From a virus (lineage: Duplodnaviria; Caudoviricetes): a stretch of 64,000 bases of DNA. Positions within the stretch are counted from its first letter, which is position 1, and each line of letters starts with the position of its first letter. Location of the stretch: positions 96,001-160,000 of IMG/VR virus record IMGVR_UViG_3300014208_000027. The stretch is one strand, 5' to 3'. Shown here piece by piece: positions 38,179 through 48,011 of this stretch. The notes beneath the pieces are model-generated. The model was not told the DNA's origin. It did no database searches and saw nothing but the letters and a program-made list of their open reading frames with translations. The position numbers and the translations under genes are program-made.

Positions 38179-38367
38179 ATGGCTTATAGTCCAAATAAAT
38201 ATGCTAAATTTCAAACGGGGGATAAAGTTTTTTTATTTGTTAACGGAGAAAGGGTAGATTCAGTCATTATGAGTGTTTATTTAAACGAAACTGATGATGA
38301 GTGGGTTTACAAACTAGTTGGCGTTGATGGGTGGTATACTCAAGTAAAATTAAGCAAAGTTTTATGA
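38179..38367 (+). CDS. Small SH3/KOW-like protein
   Basis: KFQTGDKVFLF...WVYKLVG. Confidence 0.62.
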   Translation: MAYSPNKYAKFQTGDKVFLFVNGERVDSVIMSVYLNETDDEWVYKLVGVDGWYTQVKLSKVL

Positions 38368-38594
38368 TTAAAGAGAAAGTTAAAGCCGGGGATGTTAAAG
38401 TCGGGGATATTGTTACAGTTTTACACTCGAACAGTATTTATAATAAATTAGCTCTTGTTATAGGAACTGGAGATTATGCTTCGGTTAAAGTTTTTGAATT
38501 TGAAAGTGGAAAAAGATATTCAATTGTTCCTCATATTACATATAAAAGTAGAAAAAAAGAAAAAATAATTCTTTCCTACGAGAAATTTTGCTAG
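38364..38594 (+). CDS. Small SH3/KOW-like protein
   Basis: VKVGDIVTV...ALVIG...VKVF. Confidence 0.62.
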   Translation: MIKEKVKAGDVKVGDIVTVLHSNSIYNKLALVIGTGDYASVKVFEFESGKRYSIVPHITYKSRKKEKIILSYEKFC

Positions 38595-38609
38595 TTTCTA
38601 GTTATTCTT

Positions 38610-39773
38610 GTGCCCGCATATCGTAAATTTAACTCGTCTGATCTAATCTTTAATCGCGTTAAAACTTATCCTAATGTAGAATTTTTTGTTTATGACCGTA
38701 AAGTTTACTATAATAATAAACCATCTCTTTCGGGTGCTTTTACTAATCAAGTTAATCATGTTCCTTCAGGTTATATCTCTTTATATGAAGAAAACGTAGA
38801 TCGTTCTGCTAATAATTTAATTTATCCTTTCCTAATAAAAGATTCTACCCTTTCAGCATTCAAGTCAGTTTCTACTTCAGATTTTAATTCAGATTTTGGC
38901 TATGGTGATGTTATAACAGGTTCTTATCCTTTATCTTCTTCTATCTCTGTTGATAAAATTGAGGCTAACGGTTCTCGTAGTCGTATTACTTCTCTTCAGA
39001 ATACATTAAATTTTTATCAGCCTTTAAGCCCACACTATTCCTATAATTCTTCTCTAGGTGATAAGTCTATACAAAAGTTATCTTTAGTAAGCATTCCAAG
39101 TATATTTTTTGGTTCTAGTATTAAAAAAGGATCAATGAAGCTAGATTATTTTGTTTCCGGTTCTTTAATTGGTAGACTTGAAGATATTAAAAGAAATGGT
39201 GAACTCGTTCAAACGCTTCCAGTGGGCTCTACGGGGTCAGGAAGCATAGCAGGTGTCTGTCTATATAACGAAGGTTTTCTCGTCTTGACAGGTGCGTGGG
39301 ACATCACAAATACACATACAGAAGTATATGATGCTGGTTCTGCTGCAACATACCCTAAATGGTATTATTTTGCTTCTACAGGTTCTTCAGGAGCAGGAGA
39401 AAATATCCCTAGTTCTAGTTTTTCAATGAAATTTGATGGAGTAAATTATATTAATACTATGACGGCGTTTTGCCATGCCCCTATAGGACAAGTTAATTGT
39501 TCTAATAATCCTACCTGGATTGATTATGGTCAAAATACTAGCCCTTCAACATCTTCATATTCGTATGTGGAGAATGAAAACTTAACTATTAAGAATATCA
39601 CAAAGCCTGTTTTTACGGGTGACTCTGGAAGTTTTGAAAAAACTGTTTACATCAACAAAATTTTATTGTATGATCAAGAAAAAAGAGTTATAGGTATTGC
39701 AAACTTGAGTCAGCCTATTAGAAAACGTGAAGTTGATGAATTGGTGTTTAAATTAAAACTAGATTTATTGTAG
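38610..39773 (+). CDS. Virion/baseplate protein, C-terminal paralog of 27809
   Basis: FCHAP..VNCSNNPTW...VYINKILLYDQEKRVIGIANLSQPIRK. GTG start 5 nt after CTAGTTA. Confidence 0.6.
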   Translation: MPAYRKFNSSDLIFNRVKTYPNVEFFVYDRKVYYNNKPSLSGAFTNQVNHVPSGYISLYEENVDRSANNLIYPFLIKDSTLSAFKSVSTSDFNSDFGYGDVITGSYPLSSSISVDKIEANGSRSRITSLQNTLNFYQPLSPHYSYNSSLGDKSIQKLSLVSIPSIFFGSSIKKGSMKLDYFVSGSLIGRLEDIKRNGELVQTLPVGSTGSGSIAGVCLYNEGFLVLTGAWDITNTHTEVYDAGSAATYPKWYYFASTGSSGAGENIPSSSFSMKFDGVNYINTMTAFCHAPIGQVNCSNNPTWIDYGQNTSPSTSSYSYVENENLTIKNITKPVFTGDSGSFEKTVYINKILLYDQEKRVIGIANLSQPIRKREVDELVFKLKLDLL

Positions 39774-39781
39774 GTTTTTAA

Positions 39782-40072
39782 ATGAATCTTACTCTATTCA
39801 TTCTTTTTTGCTACGGTTTTACACAAATCGTAATTTATGGACATATTTTTGAAGGCATAAGAAAAAAATTGAATTGGTATGTCTTGTTTTGTCCAATGTG
39901 TTCTGGTTTTTGGGTTGGAATGTTGGTTTATGTTTTATTCTATCTATCAACAATCCAACTTTTTCCTAACTTTTTCATAGGTTTATTTTTGTTTCCCTGT
40001 TTATCTTCGGGAACATCTTATTTTCTTTGTAGCTTAATAGATGACGAAGGATTAAAAATTTGCAAAAAATAG
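39782..40072 (+). CDS. Small membrane protein (DUF1360-like)
   Basis: Hydrophobic helices around FCPMCSGFWVG. Confidence 0.65.
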   Translation: MNLTLFILFCYGFTQIVIYGHIFEGIRKKLNWYVLFCPMCSGFWVGMLVYVLFYLSTIQLFPNFFIGLFLFPCLSSGTSYFLCSLIDDEGLKICKK

Positions 40073-40593
40073 TAATTGGGTTTGATATTTCAACTTCTAA
40101 AGTGGGCATAGCTATACTAAGCTTGGATAAAAAAATTCTTTACAACAATGTTTTAATCTTTAACAAAAGTCTAACTCTTTTCGAAAGAGCATCTACGTTA
40201 AGAAATTTTATTCGTTCAGAGGGTATTGTTGGTTCTGATGCTACAATTGTTATAGAAGAACCTTTGATGACTACTTCTAGTGGTGGTATGGCATATATTA
40301 CAGCCTTGCTTCAGAGATTTAACGGTATGTGTTCTTTTATGTTGGAACAAGATTATAAAGTTGTACCTATAATGGTTAACCCGTCTACAAGTAGAACAGG
40401 TATTGGATTAAAATTTACTCGTAAAACTCCCAAGAAAGATAAAAAAAAGACAATTATAGATTTTATCAAGCAACAGTTTGGCGATTCCTTTAATTATGAA
40501 TTTACTAAGGCTGGTAACCCCAAACCAGGCACCGATGATCGTGCTGATTCCCTGGTTCTCGCTCTATATGGTATAAAAATGCTTAATCCGTGA
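40060..40593 (+). CDS. ruvC: RuvC-like Holliday junction resolvase
   Basis: IGFDISTSKVGIA, IVIEEP, DDRADSLVLA (D-E-D-D RNase H-fold set). Confidence 0.75.
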   Translation: MQKIVIGFDISTSKVGIAILSLDKKILYNNVLIFNKSLTLFERASTLRNFIRSEGIVGSDATIVIEEPLMTTSSGGMAYITALLQRFNGMCSFMLEQDYKVVPIMVNPSTSRTGIGLKFTRKTPKKDKKKTIIDFIKQQFGDSFNYEFTKAGNPKPGTDDRADSLVLALYGIKMLNP

Positions 40594-40856
40594 GAAGTGT
40601 CGGTTATAAGATAGTTTCCTTTGCTTTTTTCATTACTATTATATCTTTCAGCATTTGTTATATTCTCTTTGACAGCGAAACTGATTTAAAATGCAGAGAT
40701 ATATGTTATACTCAATTTTGCCAAGATTTTGAACATTGTGAATTTCTCTTGGAAGACTCTTTTTTGTCGCTAAATGTTTGTAGGTGTGCTATAGTGAGTA
40801 ATAGATTCATGATGCACGAGCAAAGACGTTTAGCAGAAAAAGTTTTTTATTTTTAA
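40590..40856 (+). CDS. Small Cys-rich membrane-anchored protein
   Basis: N-terminal hydrophobic helix; GTG start. Confidence 0.45.
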   Translation: MRSVGYKIVSFAFFITIISFSICYILFDSETDLKCRDICYTQFCQDFEHCEFLLEDSFLSLNVCRCAIVSNRFMMHEQRRLAEKVFYF

Positions 40857-41810
40857 ATGGATGATGTTTCAAAAAAGAAGTTAAAGATCTTTTGTGATCT
40901 TTTCGGTCCTTGTCGTCGCTCTGGCGAAGAATATCTTTTTATCTGTCCTAGCTGCAAACATCATAAATATAAATTTTCTGTTAATTTCATCAAAAACGCT
41001 GCTAAGTGTTGGATATGTGATTATAAAAGAAAAAATCTTTCACTCGTTGTTAAAGCCTTTGGGCTTATTAGCGATTATCAAGAATGGCGAAAATTAGAAG
41101 GTAAAACAGATTTTTCAGAAATTCATGATCTGTTGTCTGAACCTGTGCAGGTAGAAGATAAAAAGATATCTTTGCCTGACGAGTTTGAAACTTTAGTATC
41201 TCATTGTCTTTCTACAGAAGGACAAATAGCTAAGAAATATATCCTTCAGAGAGGGATAAGTGAAGAAGTAATTTTTCTTTATAAAATGGGTTACTGTTCT
41301 AAAGGGGTATATGCTGGTAGAATAATAATCCCTAGTTTTGATGCTGAAGGAAGATTAAACTATTTCATTGCCAGAACATATGTTGATCATTGGAAAAAGT
41401 ACTTGAATCCTAAAGTTGATCGTGGTAATATCATAGCAAATGAGTTATATGTTGATTGGAATAAAGAAATAATCTTAGTAGAAGGTATGTTTGATGCAAT
41501 TAAAGCAGGGATGCAAGCTATCCCATTGTTGGGATCTACATTGAACACTTCAAGTAGGTTATTTCAGAAAATTGTTAGTACAGGTTGTAAAGTTACGGTA
41601 GCATTAGATAATGATGCGAAAGAAAAAGAAAATACTATTATAAATAAATTAGTTAGTTATCGTGTACCAGATATTAGAAAGATCTCTATACCAGTAGAAT
41701 ATAACGATATTGGTGAAATGTCCTGTGAAGAATTTCAACAGGTATATAATAAATTTTCTTTGCCTATGAGTGGGGAAAATCACTTAAGACATTTAATCTC
41801 ACAGATATAG
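40857..41810 (+). CDS. dnaG: DNA primase (zinc-binding domain + TOPRIM)
   Basis: CPSCKHHK..CWIC; RIIIP..G...YFIAR..KYLNP; LVEGMFDA; ALDNDA. Confidence 0.85.
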   Translation: MDDVSKKKLKIFCDLFGPCRRSGEEYLFICPSCKHHKYKFSVNFIKNAAKCWICDYKRKNLSLVVKAFGLISDYQEWRKLEGKTDFSEIHDLLSEPVQVEDKKISLPDEFETLVSHCLSTEGQIAKKYILQRGISEEVIFLYKMGYCSKGVYAGRIIIPSFDAEGRLNYFIARTYVDHWKKYLNPKVDRGNIIANELYVDWNKEIILVEGMFDAIKAGMQAIPLLGSTLNTSSRLFQKIVSTGCKVTVALDNDAKEKENTIINKLVSYRVPDIRKISIPVEYNDIGEMSCEEFQQVYNKFSLPMSGENHLRHLISQI

Positions 41811-41818
41811 GAGTTACT

Positions 41819-44800
41819 TTGATACGTTTTGCGCTGATTAGTGATGTGCATATTAAAAATTTCAAGAAACATAAACAATATAACCTTGTTTTCGATCAAA
41901 TTTATGAGGTTTTAAAACAAAAGAAACCAGACTATATTTTACTTCTTGGCGATCTTTTTCATTCTAAAAATGCTATATTCGCAGAAGCATATTATGTTGC
42001 TTCTAATTTTCTTCGCAAACTTTCTAAAATCGCAGAAACTCACGTAATTTTAGGTAACCATGAAGTATTTTCTAAAAATTTAGATAGACTTGATACGCTT
42101 ACTCCAATTATTGACGCTTTAAATTTACCCTCTATTAAATTTCATAAATATACTGGTCAATACAGACTTAAAGAAAATATTGTTCTCCACACCTTGTCAA
42201 TTCTAGATAAAAACAATTGGAAAGAACCTTTAGGAAATCTTGACACAAATGTTGCACTGTTTCATGGAACGGTAGAAGGCAGTGTTTCTGATAGTGGATG
42301 GGTGGTTGATAAGGGAGAAATAAATATTGATCTCCTACGAAAATTTGATTATTCCTTTTGCGGGGATATACATGCGCATCAGTTATTAGACTCTAAAGGA
42401 AAAATGTTGTATGTAGGAAGTACAATACAAAACAATTTTGGTGAGAAAGACGATAAAGGTATCATTATATATGATATCTATGATAAGAAAAAATTTGACT
42501 ACGAACGATTCATTTTTCCTAACCCTGCCCCGTTTGTAACGGTTGAATTATGTGGTGGAGACTTACCAGAAGACCTTGATATTAAAGAAGGTTCTGTAGT
42601 AAGAGTTGTGTCTTCCGAAAACATTTCCTATGATATTGTTAGTAAAACGCTTGATATTATCAAGATCAAATATAAACCTGAAAGCGTGGTTTATGTAAGT
42701 AAAATTTCTTCTACGGGTGGTTCGTTAATTGGTAGTGTTTCTGATAGTGACAGACAAAACTTACGAGATGTAAACGTTCAAGAAAAATTGATTAGAGAGT
42801 TTTTATGGGATTATGAACCTTCTGAAGAAGTTCTACAGAAAGTTTTTGAACTGAATAGAAAATTTAATGTTGTAGTAGAACAAGATGAAACAGGTGTTGC
42901 TAGGAATGTTAGCTGGTCACTTAAGAAAGTCGAGTGGTCAAATCTGTTTAACTATGGTGAAAAAAATTGTATTGATTATTCCACGCTGGATGGTATTGTA
43001 GGTCTATTTGGGGCATCGTTTAAGGGTAAATCGTCTGCTATTGAAGTGATTCTATATACAATTTTTAATGCTATAGCTAAGAATTCTCGCAAGAATTACA
43101 ATATAATCAACCAAAACTGTTCTAAAGGATCTGGAAGAGTAGAAATAACCATTGGAAATGATTTATACGTTGTCGAGAGATCTTCTGAAAAGTATATTAA
43201 AAAATCTAAAGGGGTAGAAACAGAAGAGGCTAGAACTACCGTTGATTTTAAGCGGATCAATTCTGTTACCGGAGAAGAAGAAAATAAAAATGGTGCCGAT
43301 AGAGATGAAACAGATAAAAACATTCGACAAGTCTTTGGGACTATTGAAGATTTCCTACTAACTACTATTTCTTCTCAATTTGGAGCATTATCATTTATTG
43401 ATGAAGGGGAGACAAAAAGAAAACAAATTCTTGCTAAGTTTCTTGATTTAGATTTCTTCGAGAAGAAGTTCAAGTTGATGAAGAAAGAGTCTAGTGAGAT
43501 TAAAACACTTATTAAAAAGTACGGTGAACTATCAGATTTTAAGAAACGCATAGATGATGTTAGAAAAGAAGTAACTTATAATAAAAAGCAAATAGAAGAA
43601 AACAAAAAAATATGTGAACAATGTGAAGTAGAAAAAAAGGGTATAGAAAGTGAGATATCAGAACTCAAGAACAAGATCAATTTTGCTCCCAAGATTTCTT
43701 TTAAAATATCAGATATTGTGGGGAAGATCAGTGTTCTGGATGATAAGAAGGCTAGCCTTATATCTCGAAAAGATGCAAGGGTAGAAGAAAATAAAAAGTT
43801 ATCTAAGAAACTTCATGAGATTAAGGAGTTTAGCAAAGATAGAGAGCAAAACGAGCAATCTTGCCACGAGTTGATACAAAAAGCCAACACTTACAAAGAT
43901 ATGGTATATTCTTTGCAGGTAAAATTAAACGCAAAAAATAAAGAGTTAGATAATTGCAATAAAAGAATAAAACTTCTTGAAGAAGTCCCCTGTGGTAACT
44001 CGTTTCCGAAATGTAAGTTTATTGCAGACTCCTTTATAGCGCAAAAAGAAGTAAAGGGTGTGTTAGAAGAGTGTGATAGCTTGCTTCATGAAATACAGCG
44101 TGTTAATGCTGAAACTCCGAGTGTTGCAGATGCTTGTAATTCTCAAGAGTACCTTAAAAAATGTTCATTGTCAGATAAAGAAGAAATTGTTTTAAAGCAA
44201 AAATTACTGGAGGGCAAGAACAGGATTAGCTCCATTGAAAATGATCTATTGAAGAATAATCAAGAGTCAGAGAAACTTCAAGAACAAAAGAGGCTATACG
44301 AAGATAACAAAGAAATTATTGAAGACTATGAAGGCGTGATAAGTTTATTGAACTTAAAAACTGAAGTTCTAGAACAAAAAGAAAAGAATATTCAAGATTG
44401 TGAAAATGTCTCTATGGAACTTTATAAAAAGCATGGTTCCATGGAGCAACAGTTAGAAACTCTGAGGCAGAATAGAAAAGAACTTGTTAAGATTCGTACT
44501 GAGTATGAAGCATATGACTTGTTAGAAAAATGTTTTCATAGTACAGGTATTCCTTTCATTATCATTAAACAGCAGTTACCTTATATTAACTCTGAAATTG
44601 GTAAGGTCTTGGCTAGCGTGGTAGGATTTAAAGTTTTCTTTGAGAGTGAAGATGATAAGCTAAATTTATTTATTCAACATAAAAACTATAGTCCTAGACC
44701 GCTAGAAATGGGTAGTGGCGCAGAAAAAACTTTGGCTAGTATGGCTATAAGAATGGGCTTGACAAAAATTTCTAGCCTTCCACGATGTTCTATGTTAGTA

Positions 44801-44983
44801 TTGGATGAGCCTGTACTGGCTTTGGATAGTAACATTTTAGAGGCGTTTTCAAAATTGCTAGAAGTGTTAAAAGAAGAATATAAGCCAATTGTTCTAATTA
44901 CTCATTTGGAAGCCCTCAAAGATATTGTAGATAATGAAATAATTCTGTCAACCAAGGGTAAATTTGCCCATATAAATCAATGA
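41819..44983 (+). CDS. SbcD/Mre11 nuclease fused to SbcC/Rad50 ATPase (gp47-gp46-like)
   Basis: SDVH, GDLFH, GNHE, HG, GDIH; Walker A GASFKGKSS; coiled coil with PCGNSFPKC; SGAEK, LDEP, ITH. Confidence 0.88.
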   Translation: MIRFALISDVHIKNFKKHKQYNLVFDQIYEVLKQKKPDYILLLGDLFHSKNAIFAEAYYVASNFLRKLSKIAETHVILGNHEVFSKNLDRLDTLTPIIDALNLPSIKFHKYTGQYRLKENIVLHTLSILDKNNWKEPLGNLDTNVALFHGTVEGSVSDSGWVVDKGEINIDLLRKFDYSFCGDIHAHQLLDSKGKMLYVGSTIQNNFGEKDDKGIIIYDIYDKKKFDYERFIFPNPAPFVTVELCGGDLPEDLDIKEGSVVRVVSSENISYDIVSKTLDIIKIKYKPESVVYVSKISSTGGSLIGSVSDSDRQNLRDVNVQEKLIREFLWDYEPSEEVLQKVFELNRKFNVVVEQDETGVARNVSWSLKKVEWSNLFNYGEKNCIDYSTLDGIVGLFGASFKGKSSAIEVILYTIFNAIAKNSRKNYNIINQNCSKGSGRVEITIGNDLYVVERSSEKYIKKSKGVETEEARTTVDFKRINSVTGEEENKNGADRDETDKNIRQVFGTIEDFLLTTISSQFGALSFIDEGETKRKQILAKFLDLDFFEKKFKLMKKESSEIKTLIKKYGELSDFKKRIDDVRKEVTYNKKQIEENKKICEQCEVEKKGIESEISELKNKINFAPKISFKISDIVGKISVLDDKKASLISRKDARVEENKKLSKKLHEIKEFSKDREQNEQSCHELIQKANTYKDMVYSLQVKLNAKNKELDNCNKRIKLLEEVPCGNSFPKCKFIADSFIAQKEVKGVLEECDSLLHEIQRVNAETPSVADACNSQEYLKKCSLSDKEEIVLKQKLLEGKNRISSIENDLLKNNQESEKLQEQKRLYEDNKEIIEDYEGVISLLNLKTEVLEQKEKNIQDCENVSMELYKKHGSMEQQLETLRQNRKELVKIRTEYEAYDLLEKCFHSTGIPFIIIKQQLPYINSEIGKVLASVVGFKVFFESEDDKLNLFIQHKNYSPRPLEMGSGAEKTLASMAIRMGLTKISSLPRCSMLVLDEPVLALDSNILEAFSKLLEVLKEEYKPIVLITHLEALKDIVDNEIILSTKGKFAHINQ

Positions 44984-44990
44984 GGAAAAT

Positions 44991-45239
44991 ATGGAATATC
45001 CAGATTTTAGTGTAATAGAACTTGGCGGTGGTGATCTTGAGGTTCTTTTTCTTGAAAAAGTTGGCGAAGATTTGCTTAAAGTGATTCAAAAAGAAATTGA
45101 AGTATACAGTAGAGAAGTTTTGACCACTAGAACGCTATATAGTATGAATTCTACAATCAAGAACAAACTTCATTATTTAGTTATGAGCGGGAAACTAAGA
45201 TATAATTTATTTGACAAATCATGGGTTTTGGAAGCCTAA
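44991..45239 (+). CDS. Hypothetical protein
   Basis: RBS GAGGA; 82 aa. Confidence 0.55.
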   Translation: MEYPDFSVIELGGGDLEVLFLEKVGEDLLKVIQKEIEVYSREVLTTRTLYSMNSTIKNKLHYLVMSGKLRYNLFDKSWVLEA

Positions 45240-45252
45240 AAGGAGAATTTTT

Positions 45253-45492
45253 ATGGATCAAAGAACGATGTTGGATTTTGCAAAGAAGTTGTTGTCTCGC
45301 AAGTTGTTAGTGTGGATTGCTTCTACTGTTTTATTATGTTGCAAGGTTATTACTCAAGATGTATGGCAGTTAATATCTATTACTTTCATGGGTGTTCATG
45401 CTGCACAAGCTGTTTTGACTGGGGCTGGTGTAGCAAACAAAGTATCTGCGCTGGTAACTAAAAAAGAAGATGAGAAGGAAGGTGAGGCGTAA
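45253..45492 (+). CDS. Putative holin-like membrane protein
   Basis: KLLSRKLLVW plus two hydrophobic segments and a charged C-tail; RBS AGGAGA. Confidence 0.5.
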   Translation: MDQRTMLDFAKKLLSRKLLVWIASTVLLCCKVITQDVWQLISITFMGVHAAQAVLTGAGVANKVSALVTKKEDEKEGEA

Positions 45493-45493
45493 C

Positions 45494-45877
45494 ATGCTGC
45501 TCCTACTTCAAAAGGCTTGGTTAGCAGTAAAAAAGTTTTGGTATGTACCTGTGTTGTTAGTTGTGGCCGTTATTTTAGCTGTTGTTTACAGAAAAAACAC
45601 TTCTGTTATTGAGATGTTATATAATACGCTTGATTCTTATAAAGAGCAGGCCGCTAAACTTGACAAACTGAACAAAGAACAACTAGCGCAAAAAGAAGAT
45701 CTGCAAAAAAAATACAATTTGGTTCTTCAGCAAATGATTGAGCAACACGAACACAATGAACAGGTTTTAACAGAGGAAAGAAAAAAAAGAATCAAAGAAC
45801 TTGTAGAGCAATATAAAGGTAAAGATGAAGAGCTAGCAAAAGCATTTTCCCAAGAATTTGGCATTGATTTAAAATAG
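45494..45877 (+). CDS. N-terminal TM + coiled-coil protein (i-spanin-like topology)
   Basis: KKFWYVPVLLVVAVILAVVY followed by a helical heptad region. Confidence 0.45.
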   Translation: MLLLLQKAWLAVKKFWYVPVLLVVAVILAVVYRKNTSVIEMLYNTLDSYKEQAAKLDKLNKEQLAQKEDLQKKYNLVLQQMIEQHEHNEQVLTEERKKRIKELVEQYKGKDEELAKAFSQEFGIDLK

Positions 45878-45884
45878 GTGAAAA

Positions 45885-46322
45885 ATGGCTAAATTCATAA
45901 TTGTTTTTTCTTTGTTGTTTCCATGTATTTCTTACGCTCAAGATGGAGCAGTATTCCTAAAAAAAGGTGAACAAGTTCCTTTTAATGGAGTCCTGCTTCC
46001 ACCTGATGTACAAGCTAAAATGATTGCAGATTCAGAGTATAATAAAAAAGTTTGTGCTCTGGAAACAAATTATTTATCTATGCGTCAAAAGACAACGTGC
46101 GATTTTGAAAAGAACTCTATGAAAATTGATTTAGATACGTTAAATAAAAAATACGATTTGGTAACTAAACTTAAAGATGATGAAATTACTAGGCTAAATA
46201 AAAATATCGTAGACAATAGTAAAAGTAGTGATAGATGGGTATGGTGGTTAGCTGGTGGTGTTGTAAGTGGGATTGCCCTAACTGTAGCTGTTACTTATGC
46301 GGTAACTCAAACGACAAAATAA
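45885..46322 (+). CDS. Exported protein with signal peptide, coiled coil and C-terminal TM (spanin-like topology)
   Basis: MAKFIIVFSLLFPCISYA-Q; VPFNGVLL; WVWWLAGGVVSGIALTVAVTYAV. Confidence 0.45.
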   Translation: MAKFIIVFSLLFPCISYAQDGAVFLKKGEQVPFNGVLLPPDVQAKMIADSEYNKKVCALETNYLSMRQKTTCDFEKNSMKIDLDTLNKKYDLVTKLKDDEITRLNKNIVDNSKSSDRWVWWLAGGVVSGIALTVAVTYAVTQTTK

Positions 46323-46326
46323 TATT

Positions 46327-46857
46327 TTACCACCCCGCTCCGATTCTTCCACCGATTAAAGCATCATTGCCACCTTTTTTCTTCTCGTGTGGCACTTTCC
46401 CTAAATTAGTAGTTTCATCAGCAGGAGGATCTGTTAACCTTTCAATTTCTTTTTCTTTTATTTCTTTTTGATACAACCATTCTTCTCGTTCAGACTCCAC
46501 CCAAGCTGATAAAGTTTTTAAAACGTAATCTGTAGCTGTTAAGCCTTCACCACCGTCTTTTAACTCTGGATAAGTGGCTTCCATAGATCCGTAGACATTG
46601 CCAGCATGTACTGTCTCAGGTTTAATAATTCCTTTCTTCATGAGGAACTTCATAATTTGATTTTGAATATCGTAAGTCTTAGATGATGTGTTTAGACTAT
46701 CATTGGTTAATACTAAAATTTTTCTTTTCTCCGGCATGACAACAACGTCAACGTCGGGATGGTCGAAAATGATAAAATCGCCGTCTAAAGTTTTACGAAT
46801 GTTTAGTTTAAATTTTAAATCGTTTTTATTTGGACCAATCGTTACTATTAGAGACAT
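46327..46857 (-). CDS. Hypothetical protein of the head-gene region
   Basis: 176 aa; CTATTTA at 46874-46880 and SD AAGGA upstream. Confidence 0.6.
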   Translation of the reverse strand: MSLIVTIGPNKNDLKFKLNIRKTLDGDFIIFDHPDVDVVVMPEKRKILVLTNDSLNTSSKTYDIQNQIMKFLMKKGIIKPETVHAGNVYGSMEATYPELKDGGEGLTATDYVLKTLSAWVESEREEWLYQKEIKEKEIERLTDPPADETTNLGKVPHEKKKGGNDALIGGRIGAGW

Positions 46858-46911
46858 TTTTAAATCCTTGAGATAAATAGTGGTTAAATCTAATTACTAG
46901 CAGGAGTACGA

Positions 46912-47277
46912 ATGGACAAAGATATTTCAAAACTTGAATCCGCAATTATTGAAAAATACGGTGAAGAAACTAACTTTAATCTTGATAATTGTTGGACGGT
47001 AGAGAAAGAAAAAGAATACCTTATATCTTTAAAAGAATCCGTTACTAGTGAGCCTGAAGAAATCCTTCTAAAAAGCGATGGATACTTACAGTTTAAAAAA
47101 CTAATTATTAAGAATGAAAGTGCTTGTATAGTATGTAAAAGATATACATTGACTAAAAGTGATGATGTTTATTTGACTAAGTATGAATGTTGTGAAAAGT
47201 GCTATATACAACATGTGGAAGGTCGTGAAGGCAAGTGGGAAGGCAAGAAAAAAACTTTTAAGGACATAAAAATATAA
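46912..47277 (+). CDS. Hypothetical protein with CxxC...CCxxC zinc site
   Basis: CIVC..CCEKC; CTAATTA at 46890 and SD AGGAG. Confidence 0.62.
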   Translation: MDKDISKLESAIIEKYGEETNFNLDNCWTVEKEKEYLISLKESVTSEPEEILLKSDGYLQFKKLIIKNESACIVCKRYTLTKSDDVYLTKYECCEKCYIQHVEGREGKWEGKKKTFKDIKI

Positions 47278-47278
47278 C

Positions 47279-47446
47279 ATGAAAATTTCAAGAAAAAGAT
47301 TAGAAGAGATTATTCTAGAAGAAGTGGAACTTCACTTCATGAATGATGAAAAAGAATGCGAGCATGGTGAAGATGAGGAATGCGATTGTAAATTGAAACA
47401 TGAAAAACTTCTTGAGCAAAGCGTAAACCTTAAAGGTGAAAAGTAA
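47279..47446 (+). CDS. 55-aa acidic peptide with MKISxxxLxxIIxEE start (not in the track)
   Basis: Manual translation MKISRKRLEEIILEEVELHFMNDEKECEH...; fills the gap between neighbours exactly. Confidence 0.62.
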   Translation: MKISRKRLEEIILEEVELHFMNDEKECEHGEDEECDCKLKHEKLLEQSVNLKGEK

Positions 47447-47447
47447 C

Positions 47448-48011
47448 ATGGCAAAAGATAAAAAAGTTACTGGTAATACTGCCATTTTAAATGTCATTCA
47501 GGGCATTTCTCAGGCTTTAGCCGGTAAGCATGACACAATTTATGATAATGATGGCGAGAAGAAAGAAATTGGGCTTAAGCGTGAAGTAGAAAATTATTTA
47601 ACTATGTCTAGGGGTATGGATGGATTCTCTGCTCGTGTAAGCAGCAATACTCTCATTGTCACATATCAAAGTGAAATTCTTATGAAAGATGTGCATGAGA
47701 AGAAATTTGAAGAAGACATTGAAAGTACGTTTAAAGATATTCTAAAATTTATCAAGAAGCAATATAAAAACTACACCAAGCAAAATTTAACACTTAAAGA
47801 AAATGGTAAATGTGATATTAAAGTTGAAACTGTAAGCCGTTACCGTACATGGGTAATCGCCAAAAAAATGTATGAGATTAAAAACTTTGAAGTTGAACCT
47901 GCTGGAGACAATAAAAAGTTAGATAAAGCCATTGAAAAGTGGTTAGACCAAAAGTCTGATAAAAGACCTACTAATGTAACAATTTCCAAGACGGATAATG
48001 AAAAAGAATAA
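47448..48011 (+). CDS. Hypothetical protein
   Basis: ATG 1 nt after the stop of 47279; within track ORF 47436. Confidence 0.6.
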   Translation: MAKDKKVTGNTAILNVIQGISQALAGKHDTIYDNDGEKKEIGLKREVENYLTMSRGMDGFSARVSSNTLIVTYQSEILMKDVHEKKFEEDIESTFKDILKFIKKQYKNYTKQNLTLKENGKCDIKVETVSRYRTWVIAKKMYEIKNFEVEPAGDNKKLDKAIEKWLDQKSDKRPTNVTISKTDNEKE

